From: a phage
Length of the DNA stretch: 64,000 bases
Sequence record: PZ295659.1
Reading direction: 5' to 3' (one strand)
Every line of letters begins with the position of its first letter. The stretch's first letter is position 1. Shown piece after piece: positions 19,208 to 28,348 of the stretch. Below the pieces are notes generated by a model. It was not told where the DNA came from, ran no database searches, and saw only the letters and a list, made by a program, of their open reading frames with translations. The position numbers and the translations under genes are program-made.

Positions 19208-19258
19208 GGCACTATTACTAAAGACCATATAATCTATCATCTTATGTGTAATAGTGCC
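19208..19258 (-). other. Long inverted repeat (11-bp stem ggcactattac / gtaatagtgcc, 29-nt loop containing TATAAT-like sequence)
   Basis: Perfect 11-bp arms in the intergenic space between the glycosyltransferase gene and rIIA.1. Confidence 0.5.
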
Positions 19259-19274
19259 TCAGGCTATTCAGGAT

Positions 19275-20375
19275 TTACGCTGTGAAGATTTTATCCCACA
19301 TCGCAACAACTGCATCTCGATTATACTTCTTCCATACTGCTTCAGCACGTTTAACTCGAGCTTCGTATGTGTCAGTGAATTCTAATACAGCTTTTGTGTA
19401 AAGCGCAACTACTTCTTTCTTAGGAGTAGAGGAATCAATTTCTACACGCACAGTATCTGGGTCGTATTCGAATGTCGCATGAGGATAATCCTTAAAAACT
19501 AACTGGATTACGGGGACACCTTTAGAGATGGCTTCAATAGAACTATTCTCTACTGTACCTGTGTCAGGACACGTATTAATAAGTGCTTTAGCTGTTTTAA
19601 GGCGTTCCATGATTTCACTGTGTGGAGCATCAATAATAACAGGATATTTAGCTGGTGGAGCCCATTTACTAGGACAGTATCCTACACCATTTTCGCCTAG
19701 TGCTTTAATCGCTTCAAGAGCAACATCGGTACGACGCATTTTAGTGTCATAACGTTGTGCACTAATAATCAGATCAGTCGCCGGAAGAACTTCAGGTTTC
19801 TCATTCAAACAAATAACCGGATAATCTTCGGCTTCAAACAACGGATTTGCTCGCCAATAATCATAATCAATTTTGTCAGTCAGAGCTGAAGTCATATGGC
19901 AATATTTACGTTCAAATTCACGGAAGGCTTTAGTAGGAGCATAACTCTTACCACCATTCTTATGAATTTGAATAGTCTGGTCCCAAATTTGAACAATGCC
20001 ACGAGATACCGGTTCAAATGGTGTTGCCATAAAATTCTTATGAACTTTAGAGAGACCTGCGTCTTTAATTGCCTGAACGGTTAGTTTAGTCGGTTCCATA
20101 GTAACAACAAAATCGTATTCATTGATGCCGGCTAGTTCAACAATCTTACGAGCCATAGTATAACTCATACCTAGACTGAATTTAGTCAGATGACCAACAG
20201 GATGGTGTGTAACTTTCCAGTCACCAAACGTGTCATTATCAAAGCCGATATAATCAATATCAGCACCGATGGACACAAGATATTTCAACACATTTAAATG
20301 TACTGCTTCAAGGCCACCTTGTACACGGTCAGGATTAAATGGGACTGCACGAGATGGGATAAACATAACTTTCAT
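19275..20375 (-). CDS. GT-B fold glycosyltransferase (candidate DNA sugar transferase)
   Basis: 366 aa; N-terminal MKVMFIPSRA... Rossmann-like start and C-terminal ENSSIEAISKGVPVI resembling the GT4 E-x7-E motif; sits between rIIA.1 and gp39. Confidence 0.65.
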   Translation of the reverse strand: MKVMFIPSRAVPFNPDRVQGGLEAVHLNVLKYLVSIGADIDYIGFDNDTFGDWKVTHHPVGHLTKFSLGMSYTMARKIVELAGINEYDFVVTMEPTKLTVQAIKDAGLSKVHKNFMATPFEPVSRGIVQIWDQTIQIHKNGGKSYAPTKAFREFERKYCHMTSALTDKIDYDYWRANPLFEAEDYPVICLNEKPEVLPATDLIISAQRYDTKMRRTDVALEAIKALGENGVGYCPSKWAPPAKYPVIIDAPHSEIMERLKTAKALINTCPDTGTVENSSIEAISKGVPVIQLVFKDYPHATFEYDPDTVRVEIDSSTPKKEVVALYTKAVLEFTDTYEARVKRAEAVWKKYNRDAVVAMWDKIFTA

Positions 20376-20401
20376 AATTAAGCCTTATTAAAATTAAAAT
20401 G

Positions 20402-20419
20402 AAGCTCCAGAAGGAGCTT
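20402..20419 (-). terminator. Hairpin AAGCUCC-UUCU-GGAGCUU overlapping the gp39 stop
   Basis: 7-bp inverted repeat aagctcc/ggagctt with 4-nt loop. Confidence 0.4.
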
Positions 20420-22235
20420 AGGACATCCATTCTTTACGAAGTTCTGAATCATCACCCAACAACATTTCAAAGAGTTCTTTCCAATTTTCAGGAAGTTTAA
20501 CTACGTCGTACACAGGGTTCTGAATCATTTCACGATATTCTGACTTTTCAAGGGAGCCTAATCCCTTGATGTATCGAATACTATGCTTAGGAAGTGTATC
20601 TTTAGCTTCTTCATACTCAGCTACAGTATAAAACCATTTTTGAGTTTTGCCAATTTGTGCAATAATTACAGGCGTTTTAACAAAGCGAATACGTCCTTGT
20701 TCAAACAATTCAGGCCAATTACTAAAGAAAGCAAGCAAAGCTGGATAAATACTTCCAAGACCGTCATGATCGGCATCGGTCATAATTGCAATATTACGAT
20801 AGTTTGTATTCTCTGCCTTTTCACCAAGAATAAGACCTGTGATAGCACAGATATCAAAGAGCTCTTTATTCTTCATCATATCAGCATATGACATACCCCA
20901 GCTATTCATCACCTTACCACGTAATGGGAATCCGCCGTGTAGTTCACGGTCACGAACATCAATGAGATAACCAATTGCCGAATCACCTTCTGTTAAAAAC
21001 AATGTCGTATCTGCATCTTTACCACATTGGTTAGCTTTAATATGCTTATGAACCTTAGCTTTAGTTGCCTTTTTAGCTGCTTTAGTTTCTGCAGCTTTTT
21101 CTGCCGCCAATTTACGAGCTAATGCTGCTTCAACAATAGGCATAATCAAGGCTTCGTTTTTAAGAAGTGCCTGAGCAATTTTCTTAGCATCTAATTGGAT
21201 ATGATTACGAATATCACCATACGTTGACGTTAAACGTTCTTTAGTCTGAGAATCAAAACGCATGTTGCTCATGTCTCTAATAAACATCAACATTGTGAGA
21301 CATTCTTTAACACGAGCTTTAGTGACTTCAATACCCTTATATTTCTTTTTAATACCTGGCAAAAGATGTTCGCAGATATCATCCATTACACATTCAACAT
21401 GATGACCACCATTTTTAGTATGGATGTTATTCACATAAGTTAAATGACGGAAGCCATCTGGTGATGTTGTGAATGCTATAGAGACTTTATCATTTTCTTG
21501 AATGATGTTATCTTCGCCAAATTGTTTAGCAAATCGTTTAAAATTACCATCAACCTTTTTACCGTTAAATGTGAACTTGATATCAGGATAAACGACTGCC
21601 AATGTTTGAAGTCGGTCTAAAGTAATATCTAAATAAATTTGAGATAAATTATGTTCTTCAAATGAAGAGAAATCAGGAGTGAAGATTACTTTAGTGCCTT
21701 TACCTTTAGATTTCTTAGAAGACCATGATTTGTTTTCCATTCCGTTTGAACAGTTAACAGTGATTTCATTTTCGCCATCTGATGTGATGCCTGTAAACAA
21801 CGTAGAGAAGATATTAGTTAAACTACTCCCGACGCCGTTCATACCACCAGTCTTGCGTTCAGAGTCATCACCAAAGTTACCACCAGCCTTTGGAATAGTC
21901 CAGGCTGCTACAGGACCTGGAATCTGTTCACCATTTTGGTCGGTGACCATTGCTTGAGGAATACCACGTCCGTTATCTTCCACTGAGACTTGATTATTTT
22001 TAATTTGCACATCAATTTTATTTGCAAACTTAAACGATGTACGAATAGCTTCATCAACCGAGTTGTCAATAATCTCATCGATTAATTTAACCAGACCAGG
22101 AACATATTCAACTTGTTGATATTTACCAAACAAAAAACGCTCGTGGGCTTCTTTAGCCGAAGAACCAATATACATACCACTTCGTTTCTTAATATGTTCT
22201 ACATCTGACAGTACCTTAATTTCATTTTTAATCAT
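20418..22235 (-). CDS. 39: DNA topoisomerase II large subunit gp39, uninterrupted GyrB-like form
   Basis: 605 aa continuous ORF MIKNEIKVLSDVEHIKKRSGMYIGS... covering the ATPase and Toprim regions. Confidence 0.9.
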   Translation of the reverse strand: MIKNEIKVLSDVEHIKKRSGMYIGSSAKEAHERFLFGKYQQVEYVPGLVKLIDEIIDNSVDEAIRTSFKFANKIDVQIKNNQVSVEDNGRGIPQAMVTDQNGEQIPGPVAAWTIPKAGGNFGDDSERKTGGMNGVGSSLTNIFSTLFTGITSDGENEITVNCSNGMENKSWSSKKSKGKGTKVIFTPDFSSFEEHNLSQIYLDITLDRLQTLAVVYPDIKFTFNGKKVDGNFKRFAKQFGEDNIIQENDKVSIAFTTSPDGFRHLTYVNNIHTKNGGHHVECVMDDICEHLLPGIKKKYKGIEVTKARVKECLTMLMFIRDMSNMRFDSQTKERLTSTYGDIRNHIQLDAKKIAQALLKNEALIMPIVEAALARKLAAEKAAETKAAKKATKAKVHKHIKANQCGKDADTTLFLTEGDSAIGYLIDVRDRELHGGFPLRGKVMNSWGMSYADMMKNKELFDICAITGLILGEKAENTNYRNIAIMTDADHDGLGSIYPALLAFFSNWPELFEQGRIRFVKTPVIIAQIGKTQKWFYTVAEYEEAKDTLPKHSIRYIKGLGSLEKSEYREMIQNPVYDVVKLPENWKELFEMLLGDDSELRKEWMS

Positions 22236-22284
22236 GTTGTCTCCTCGTTATGAAGGTATTCTATCATCCGAAATCTAAAGCAAA

Positions 22285-22300
22285 AAGGGCCGAAGCCCTT
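22285..22300 (-). terminator. UUCG-tetraloop hairpin (AAGGGC-UUCG-GCCCUU) + U-run upstream of gp39
   Basis: Plus-strand aagggccgaagccctt between ORF 22299..22724 and gp39. Confidence 0.55.
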
Positions 22301-22724
22301 ATTTAAATTTAATTTTCTGAAGTGCATCAATTGCGGCCAAACGCCCTTGTTCACTTTTAACTGTAATGACCACATCACCTGATACGATCACCGAACCATC
22401 AACGAATTCTATAGAGCCTTTTTTGAAATCGACAGTTGTATCTGGTTCCGGAACTTCTTCAAAGAATTTAAATTCTGCACCATAAAGCAAAATATCACCT
22501 TGCATACTATGAATAGTTCGGCCATAATCGCCTACGGCTTCTACAGCAATAATCGAAACGCCGTAACCAATCATCTCTTCCACAATAAAATCTTTGGACA
22601 ATAAAGTAGTATGCAAATTAGTATTAAGACGTTTACCGGTCGTATTAAGCATTCTCAAGAAATTATCTTCCTGACCTTTGATAATACGATATTTCTTACC
22701 AACTTCAAAACCTTTAAAAGCCAT
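22299..22724 (-). CDS. Hypothetical protein
   Basis: 141-aa ORF. Confidence 0.5.
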   Translation of the reverse strand: MAFKGFEVGKKYRIIKGQEDNFLRMLNTTGKRLNTNLHTTLLSKDFIVEEMIGYGVSIIAVEAVGDYGRTIHSMQGDILLYGAEFKFFEEVPEPDTTVDFKKGSIEFVDGSVIVSGDVVITVKSEQGRLAAIDALQKIKFK

Positions 22725-22726
22725 AA

Positions 22727-22906
22727 TTAACCCTTCTTAAGTAAGTCGTAAAAACCGCCGTTCACATGTTTAGGAGCAGAAACCCGACGAGTAGACAGAC
22801 GATGACATTCAGGGCAAACATCGTTTTCTCGTTCAGAAATTCTTTTAATTTTTTCATATTCATGGCCACAATCTTCAGATTGACATTTATAGTCGTATAA
22901 TGGCAT
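22727..22906 (-). CDS. Zinc-ribbon small protein (59 aa, two CxxC pairs)
   Basis: MPLYDYKCQSEDCGHEYEK...CPECHRLSTRR; fills the gap between two annotated ORFs; absent from the six-frame track because it is under 60 aa. Confidence 0.55.
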   Translation of the reverse strand: MPLYDYKCQSEDCGHEYEKIKRISERENDVCPECHRLSTRRVSAPKHVNGGFYDLLKKG

Positions 22907-22908
22907 TA

Positions 22909-23337
22909 TTATTCCTTAAAATGTGCTTTCAACATTTGATACAAAGACCATGCCTGGTCATTATTTTCGATAGTAATCGTCATCACAGGAAATTCAGACA
23001 ATTCGTCAAGTTCATCAGAATCTTGCTCTTCGGACGCTTGATATGGATTTTCAACTTCGTCAAAGAACTCTGCTTCATTCGTGGAGAGCCAGATAAAGTT
23101 TTCATCAAGGATATCACCGCCTGTTGCGTATCCAACCGTGCCAGTAGATGTCACAATTTTAGTAGGACGTCCAAGATGGTCAACATCTAATACTTTAAAT
23201 GGTTCCATGCCAAGACGTCGTGCATAAATCCCATTATCAGTGTGGTCTTTAATAAACTCTTCTTGGGCACGTTTATCTATAAATTGGTACCATGAGTTAA
23301 CGCGGAATTTATTAGCCATTAGTAAGTTTCCTTCCAA
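22909..23337 (-). CDS. Hypothetical acidic protein
   Basis: 142-aa ORF. Confidence 0.5.
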   Translation of the reverse strand: MEGNLLMANKFRVNSWYQFIDKRAQEEFIKDHTDNGIYARRLGMEPFKVLDVDHLGRPTKIVTSTGTVGYATGGDILDENFIWLSTNEAEFFDEVENPYQASEEQDSDELDELSEFPVMTITIENNDQAWSLYQMLKAHFKE

Positions 23338-23546
23338 TAAGTTGTACCATTTTCAGTGATTTCACGGAAGATACCATAGATAGGCATTTCATCGCCGAGT
23401 TTTTCGTAAACGTAAACCACTTCGGTGTAGCATAAAAATTCGGTCCAGTTTTTCTGTACAACAACTAAATCAGGATTAAACAGAACATCTTCAAACTCAT
23501 CGATGTTTGAATCAGTAGTTACGTTTTTAATGATTTGACGTTTCAT
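23319..23546 (-). CDS. Hypothetical protein (start at internal ATG with SD aggag)
   Basis: Six-frame ORF 23319..23591 trimmed; promoter-like cassette lies between 23570 and 23605. Confidence 0.4.
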   Translation of the reverse strand: MKRQIIKNVTTDSNIDEFEDVLFNPDLVVVQKNWTEFLCYTEVVYVYEKLGDEMPIYGIFREITENGTTYWKETY

Positions 23547-23603
23547 AATATTCTCCTCTTGTTTTGATAGGTCTATAGTATCATAGACCATAGTTGTTGT
23601 ACA

Positions 23604-24128
23604 TCATTTTAGCAAAATAAAATCAACTTGTTCTGCCAATGAACGTCTAAACATTAATTGACAACTTCCGAGGATGAAATCAGGTGCTTCATAGACCGCG
23701 ATGTAGTATCCTTTAGCTTTCAAGAGTTCAACATCCACCTGGTCGTCAAACCATGCATAAACCGCGTCAACACTTTCAAATCCAAAATAGAACCCTTGGG
23801 CCCAATCTTCACTCAATTCAAATGTGTGCCCAATTCTATAGTATCTTAAGATATTTTGTTCAAGGAGTTTATCTTCATTTACTGTAGGACGATTAGGAAC
23901 ATTATAGTTGTCGCCGTGATGGTAGAAGTTACCTGAGATTATTCCATGTTTATCAAGGAACTCCCATGTTTCTTCAGAGTTGTCGGTGCCCGACCAACCG
24001 TATGGCGAACGAGGTTCTTTATTCCAAGAGGTTTCCCAAATTCTGACCGCTTTACCGTCTTCGATAGCAATTCCTGGTAATGATTCACGTTGAGTACAAA
24101 AACTACGTTCTACGCGGTAAACTAACAT
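23604..24128 (-). CDS. Hypothetical protein (start at internal ATG with SD ggaga)
   Basis: About 174 aa after trimming the six-frame ORF 23604..24185. Confidence 0.45.
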   Translation of the reverse strand: MLVYRVERSFCTQRESLPGIAIEDGKAVRIWETSWNKEPRSPYGWSGTDNSEETWEFLDKHGIISGNFYHHGDNYNVPNRPTVNEDKLLEQNILRYYRIGHTFELSEDWAQGFYFGFESVDAVYAWFDDQVDVELLKAKGYYIAVYEAPDFILGSCQLMFRRSLAEQVDFILLK

Positions 24129-24154
24129 ATTATTCTCCTCTGGTTGATATGGGT

Positions 24155-24183
24155 ATAATATCAAAACCAGAGGAGAAGTAAAC
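24155..24183 (-). promoter_or_regulatory. Early promoter (GTTTACT-N16-TATTAT) inside an 11-bp inverted repeat
   Basis: ctcctctggtt...aaccagaggag arms flank the -10 region. Confidence 0.5.
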
Positions 24184-24187
24184 AACT

Positions 24188-24607
24188 TTATGCGAAAGCA
24201 GCTGGGGTATATTTTTTAATTTGGAATTCAGGAACTACCATGAACTGTCCAGCGAAAACGATGTTATAAAGCTTAACACCATCTTCTACCCAACGGTCGC
24301 TAATAAATCCGGCGATTTGCTTAGTTTTCCATGGTGTTCCATCAGTTGCCGCAGCAATAGTGAATTCATGGTCTTTTTCAACAGAAACTGATCTGCATAG
24401 TCCCCATTTGAACGCTTTTTCTTCCGGTTCAATGAATTGGCTTGAGACGTAGCCAATATTACCATTAGCATCACGAACTTTAACTTGGTTACGACCAAAA
24501 ACCGGATCACTCACAGAAAGAACTTCAACCAACTTCCCGGCAACTTTAGAGCGAGAAGCAACAGATACATATACATAATCACCTGTAGAGAGATTTACAA
24601 TATTCAT
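24188..24607 (-). CDS. Hypothetical protein, paralog A of a tandem pair
   Basis: 139 aa; shares FKWGLC...GFISDRWVEDGVKLYNIVFAGQF with the adjacent ORF. Confidence 0.55.
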   Translation of the reverse strand: MNIVNLSTGDYVYVSVASRSKVAGKLVEVLSVSDPVFGRNQVKVRDANGNIGYVSSQFIEPEEKAFKWGLCRSVSVEKDHEFTIAAATDGTPWKTKQIAGFISDRWVEDGVKLYNIVFAGQFMVVPEFQIKKYTPAAFA

Positions 24608-24616
24608 AATAATTCC

Positions 24617-25072
24617 TTAAGCTTTACGAGGAGACACATAGCGAGTGATTTCAGATTCTTTAACAACTCGGAAGTCACCTAAGAATACGATATTGTATAA
24701 CTTTTCACCATCTTCAACCCATTGGTCACTAATGAAGCCACACATAGTATCAGTTTTGCTTGGATAACCGTATTCGTCGATGAAGTCAAATTCTTTATCA
24801 GTCTGGAATTCAACACCTTTACACAAGGCCCATTTGAACTGTACATTAGGTTCAGTAGAAGCAGATGGAGCGCTCACACGAGTTTCCAGGAATTTAGGAC
24901 TTACGTAAGCGTACTGAGTATCCTGACGTCCAAAACTAGGAATGATTCGAACTTTAACTTCTTTAATACGTCCCATGCCATTTGTGCGAAGTCCGACAAC
25001 TTCAACCAGACGACCAGCGGCTTTAGACCGGGATGCAGTTGATACACGCTTAATTTCACCAATAGTAATCAT
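24617..25072 (-). CDS. Hypothetical protein, paralog B of a tandem pair
   Basis: Start at internal ATG 25072 aligning with paralog A; shares FKWALC...GFISDQWVEDGEKLYNIVFLGDF. Confidence 0.55.
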   Translation of the reverse strand: MITIGEIKRVSTASRSKAAGRLVEVVGLRTNGMGRIKEVKVRIIPSFGRQDTQYAYVSPKFLETRVSAPSASTEPNVQFKWALCKGVEFQTDKEFDFIDEYGYPSKTDTMCGFISDQWVEDGEKLYNIVFLGDFRVVKESEITRYVSPRKA

Positions 25073-25137
25073 ATTTTTTCTCTCTTTGTTTAAGTTGAAT
25101 TCATTATACTCCATCCATCCTTGGATGTAAACTGTTT

Positions 25138-25815
25138 TTATCGCTGTTTTACACTTAACGGGTCAGGATTCTCAGGGACATCTTCAAGACCAAGCGCATA
25201 ACGCTGAGCATATTTTAACATCAAAATATCTTTAGCACAATCATGAATACTATCATGGGCAACGAATCCTTTTAGCGTACCCATTGGTAATGGACACATA
25301 CTTAATCCTCGTGTCAACGAGTAAGCTTCGATTGCCGTACGAATATCACGTTGAGCCCAGAATTTAACCGGTTCTAATTTATCAGTATCAATCTCTGGTT
25401 CAGGAACACCTTCATCACGATAGAGGTCACGAATCAAATCGACCAATATCGGGAAGTCAAAGCTCATACCACGACACCACATCTGTGATTTCCATTGGTC
25501 AACTTTATTAGCTCGGCAATAATCTAAAAAGATTTTAATGCCTTCAAGCGTAGTGACATCGTCTTCAGACGGAGCCAAGTTTTTACGCGCTTCGGCCGAT
25601 TGTTCTTTCCACCATTTCATAGTGGATTTAGCGAAAACTCGCTTACCTTTCTGAGAAGCTAAATTAAATTTAATTCGCTTACCTCGTTGAACAAGTTCTT
25701 CAAATGATTCAACAACTTCAGGGTCGGAATTATACGCAATAACCGCAAGGTCAATAACAGCCGCTTTTGATGTATTGCCGAATGTTTCAAAATCTATAAT
25801 AACATCAGTGCTCAT
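25138..25815 (-). CDS. dexA: Exonuclease A (DexA), DEDD-type
   Basis: 225 aa; MSTDVIIDFETFGN...; adjacent to dda as in T4. Confidence 0.8.
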   Translation of the reverse strand: MSTDVIIDFETFGNTSKAAVIDLAVIAYNSDPEVVESFEELVQRGKRIKFNLASQKGKRVFAKSTMKWWKEQSAEARKNLAPSEDDVTTLEGIKIFLDYCRANKVDQWKSQMWCRGMSFDFPILVDLIRDLYRDEGVPEPEIDTDKLEPVKFWAQRDIRTAIEAYSLTRGLSMCPLPMGTLKGFVAHDSIHDCAKDILMLKYAQRYALGLEDVPENPDPLSVKQR

Positions 25816-25824
25816 AATTTTCTC

Positions 25825-27138
25825 TCAAATAAAATGGACGTCAAACCGGCCACGAGTTGTGCCGACATACAATAACTGTTTAGCTAATTCTGAATCGGCA
25901 TAATGGATACACGGTGTATAAACAAAGGCCGTGTCAACAGACATACCCTGGGCCTTATGGAAGGTTGATACTGGTAGTGCCTTCACCTTAGTGAACATAC
26001 GTTTAGCATCCCAGAATTCGCTCCATGGAGCTTTACCACCTTTATTCCAAAATTTGTATGTTTCTGCGGTCTTAGCCAAAAACAAATTGAATTTATAAAG
26101 CTCTTCTTCAGAAGAAATAACCTTTATATCTTCGCGGATGTATTCTTCATCATCCCCATATGTTTCTACTGTAAGATTCCAGTATCGTATCATATATTCG
26201 CCTGAAACACCACGTGCTTTAACGAATGTAGACGTTTCTACAGCATCTCGAATACGAACGAATTGGCCGTTATTGAAAAGCATTTCGGTCATATTTTTAC
26301 CATCTAGCTTATATGTCTTAGTAAACGGCTCTTGTAGAACAATGACTTCGTCTTTAATAAATGGTTTTTCTGTTTCAAGAAGTTTTCGGCGAATAATTGA
26401 ATTTAACTTGTCCACCGACTTATTTGTGAATGCCATCATTCGATTTTCGAAAAGGTCTTCAGGAGTTTTAACGACGTTAAAATAGTTCATCATATACGAT
26501 TTAAGGTCTGTATATCCATGAACACCATGCCCATCAACTACTTTATCGTAAATCCATTTGCCGTTACGAATATCAGTCGCAACATCAATAATTGGTGCAT
26601 TGCTACGTTTAACTTCTGTAAGGTTGCATTGCACGAAGTCTTTGTGAGTGAAGAAAGGACTTAGATACGCAGTTGATTCGCCTGGGTCTACCGGACGAAT
26701 CTGGCATCGGTCGCCGATTCCAATTACTGTACACCATTTAGGGATACTAGCTAACATTATTTTAAACAGAGAACGGTCGCACATTGACGCTTCATCAAAT
26801 AACAGTACACGGCACAAGGCTAAGTCGGGAACCTTTTTCTGTTCAAACAATATGTTTTCTTCGTATGTAGTTGGGTTGATTTTAAGAATGCTATGAATAG
26901 TCGATGCTTCTTGACCCGCAAGTTTGCTTAGAACCTTTTTAGCAGCATGTGTAGGGGCTGCTAAAATAATACCTGATTCTCCAGAAGAAATAAGGGCTTC
27001 AACGATGAATCTAGTAAGGGTTGTTTTACCTGTACCAGCAGGCCCATTAATAGTTACGTGATGTTTCTTTTCTTTAATAGCGTTCATAACAACGTTGAAG
27101 GCGTTTTTCTGGCCTTCAGTCAAATCATCAAATGTCAT
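25825..27138 (-). CDS. dda: DNA helicase Dda (SF1)
   Basis: 437 aa; MTFDDLTEGQKNAFN...INGPAGTGKTT Walker A; matches remembered T4 Dda. Confidence 0.9.
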   Translation of the reverse strand: MTFDDLTEGQKNAFNVVMNAIKEKKHHVTINGPAGTGKTTLTRFIVEALISSGESGIILAAPTHAAKKVLSKLAGQEASTIHSILKINPTTYEENILFEQKKVPDLALCRVLLFDEASMCDRSLFKIMLASIPKWCTVIGIGDRCQIRPVDPGESTAYLSPFFTHKDFVQCNLTEVKRSNAPIIDVATDIRNGKWIYDKVVDGHGVHGYTDLKSYMMNYFNVVKTPEDLFENRMMAFTNKSVDKLNSIIRRKLLETEKPFIKDEVIVLQEPFTKTYKLDGKNMTEMLFNNGQFVRIRDAVETSTFVKARGVSGEYMIRYWNLTVETYGDDEEYIREDIKVISSEEELYKFNLFLAKTAETYKFWNKGGKAPWSEFWDAKRMFTKVKALPVSTFHKAQGMSVDTAFVYTPCIHYADSELAKQLLYVGTTRGRFDVHFI

Positions 27139-27446
27139 CGTAAAGTCCCTGCAATTGGAATACTAACAATACGGCCTGTATCCAGGATTCGTTGATACAA
27201 TTTTTGCGTCTCCGCATCTAGTTTAAAGCGTTTCATTTCAAGCTTATTAAACCAGAACTTACGCGGAGTTTCGACCATTCTTAGAACTCCCATTTTTAAA
27301 TCTGTTTTATACTGTGTTTTCAAAGTATCGAAAACTTTATCTGCAATATCCTTTCTAAAAAATACTGCAGGACGATGCTCATCAAGTGGAACCGGGACAG
27401 TAAATCCTTCCATATCTCGATAAACTATTGCATATACATAAACCAT
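27135..27446 (-). CDS. Hypothetical protein (dda.1 position)
   Basis: 103-aa ORF with start/stop overlap to dda. Confidence 0.5.
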   Translation of the reverse strand: MVYVYAIVYRDMEGFTVPVPLDEHRPAVFFRKDIADKVFDTLKTQYKTDLKMGVLRMVETPRKFWFNKLEMKRFKLDAETQKLYQRILDTGRIVSIPIAGTLR

Positions 27447-27448
27447 AA

Positions 27449-28195
27449 TTAACCTTTAATCAGTTGGAATAATGATGCGCTAAGTGGTAAGCCACGTTTC
27501 AATTTTAATTTACCAATGAAACCGATCTTTTCAAAACGTTGCAGACCTTGGATAACTTTATCATATGTATCGAAAAGCGATTCAGCGTCAGTTAATTTAG
27601 TTTTAGTTTTCCAGTCAGAGCCTTTAAGAAGAACGTTGAGTTTAGTAAGTTCATGGCCTTCTGCTTGATGTGAGCCATTAATGCGTGCTTTCAAAGCAAC
27701 AATTCTAAGTTTAGATTCGTTAGATAAAGGTTGATTTTTCATCATGTTCGCCATATGCTTAACACGATTTTCACGTTTTGCTCGGATTTTTAAAATAGTG
27801 CCATAAATCTTTTTAATTTGGGCCCATTTCTTCTCGTCGAGATTAAGTTTCTCTACTTTACGAGCAGAAGGATTAGCGATACGTCTTGCAATGGCATCAC
27901 GTTTCTCAATAAGTTCTTCTAATGTTAAATCAGAACGAGCTGTGTTATATTTTTTCTTAACTGGGATAACATTACCTTTAATGTAGCCGATATCGTTATT
28001 AAAACGTTCTAAGGATAATTTCTCACCTTCAACAGAGTTATTGAAAGATTCACCTGAGTAAGCGCAGACCTTTTGATCAAGAATGTTTTTAAGGTAATTA
28101 AAATCTAAGTTAAAATCCTTAGAGCGTCTCTTCGCAGAAGCTCTGGTGTGGTCAAGACGACGATTGATTTTGTTAATTTTATTATTTGATAACAT
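27449..28195 (-). CDS. Hypothetical basic protein (position of T4 srd); degenerate HNH-like stretch without catalytic His/Cys
   Basis: 248 aa, lysine/arginine rich; ERFNNDIGYIKGNVIPV segment; no confident family assignment. Confidence 0.45.
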   Translation of the reverse strand: MLSNNKINKINRRLDHTRASAKRRSKDFNLDFNYLKNILDQKVCAYSGESFNNSVEGEKLSLERFNNDIGYIKGNVIPVKKKYNTARSDLTLEELIEKRDAIARRIANPSARKVEKLNLDEKKWAQIKKIYGTILKIRAKRENRVKHMANMMKNQPLSNESKLRIVALKARINGSHQAEGHELTKLNVLLKGSDWKTKTKLTDAESLFDTYDKVIQGLQRFEKIGFIGKLKLKRGLPLSASLFQLIKG

Positions 28196-28245
28196 AATAT
28201 TTTCCTCTGTCTTACGGACGTTAGGTCATTTAGCTGATATGTCCT

Positions 28246-28274
28246 ATAATATCATGCCCTCAGGTAGTGTACAC
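28246..28274 (-). promoter_or_regulatory. Early promoter (GTGTACA-N16-TATTAT)
   Basis: Upstream of ORF 27449..28195. Confidence 0.5.
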
Positions 28275-28348
28275 TCTTTTTTCGTAAAATGCTTTAATTT
28301 TTTATGTGTTATAATGGTTCTGAGTTCCATCCGGTTATTCCAATCCAG

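Noticed and set aside
27449-28195. Possible HNH homing endonuclease
   Set aside because: Only a degenerate HNH-like stretch without the catalytic His or zinc-binding Cys residues; kept as a hypothetical protein.
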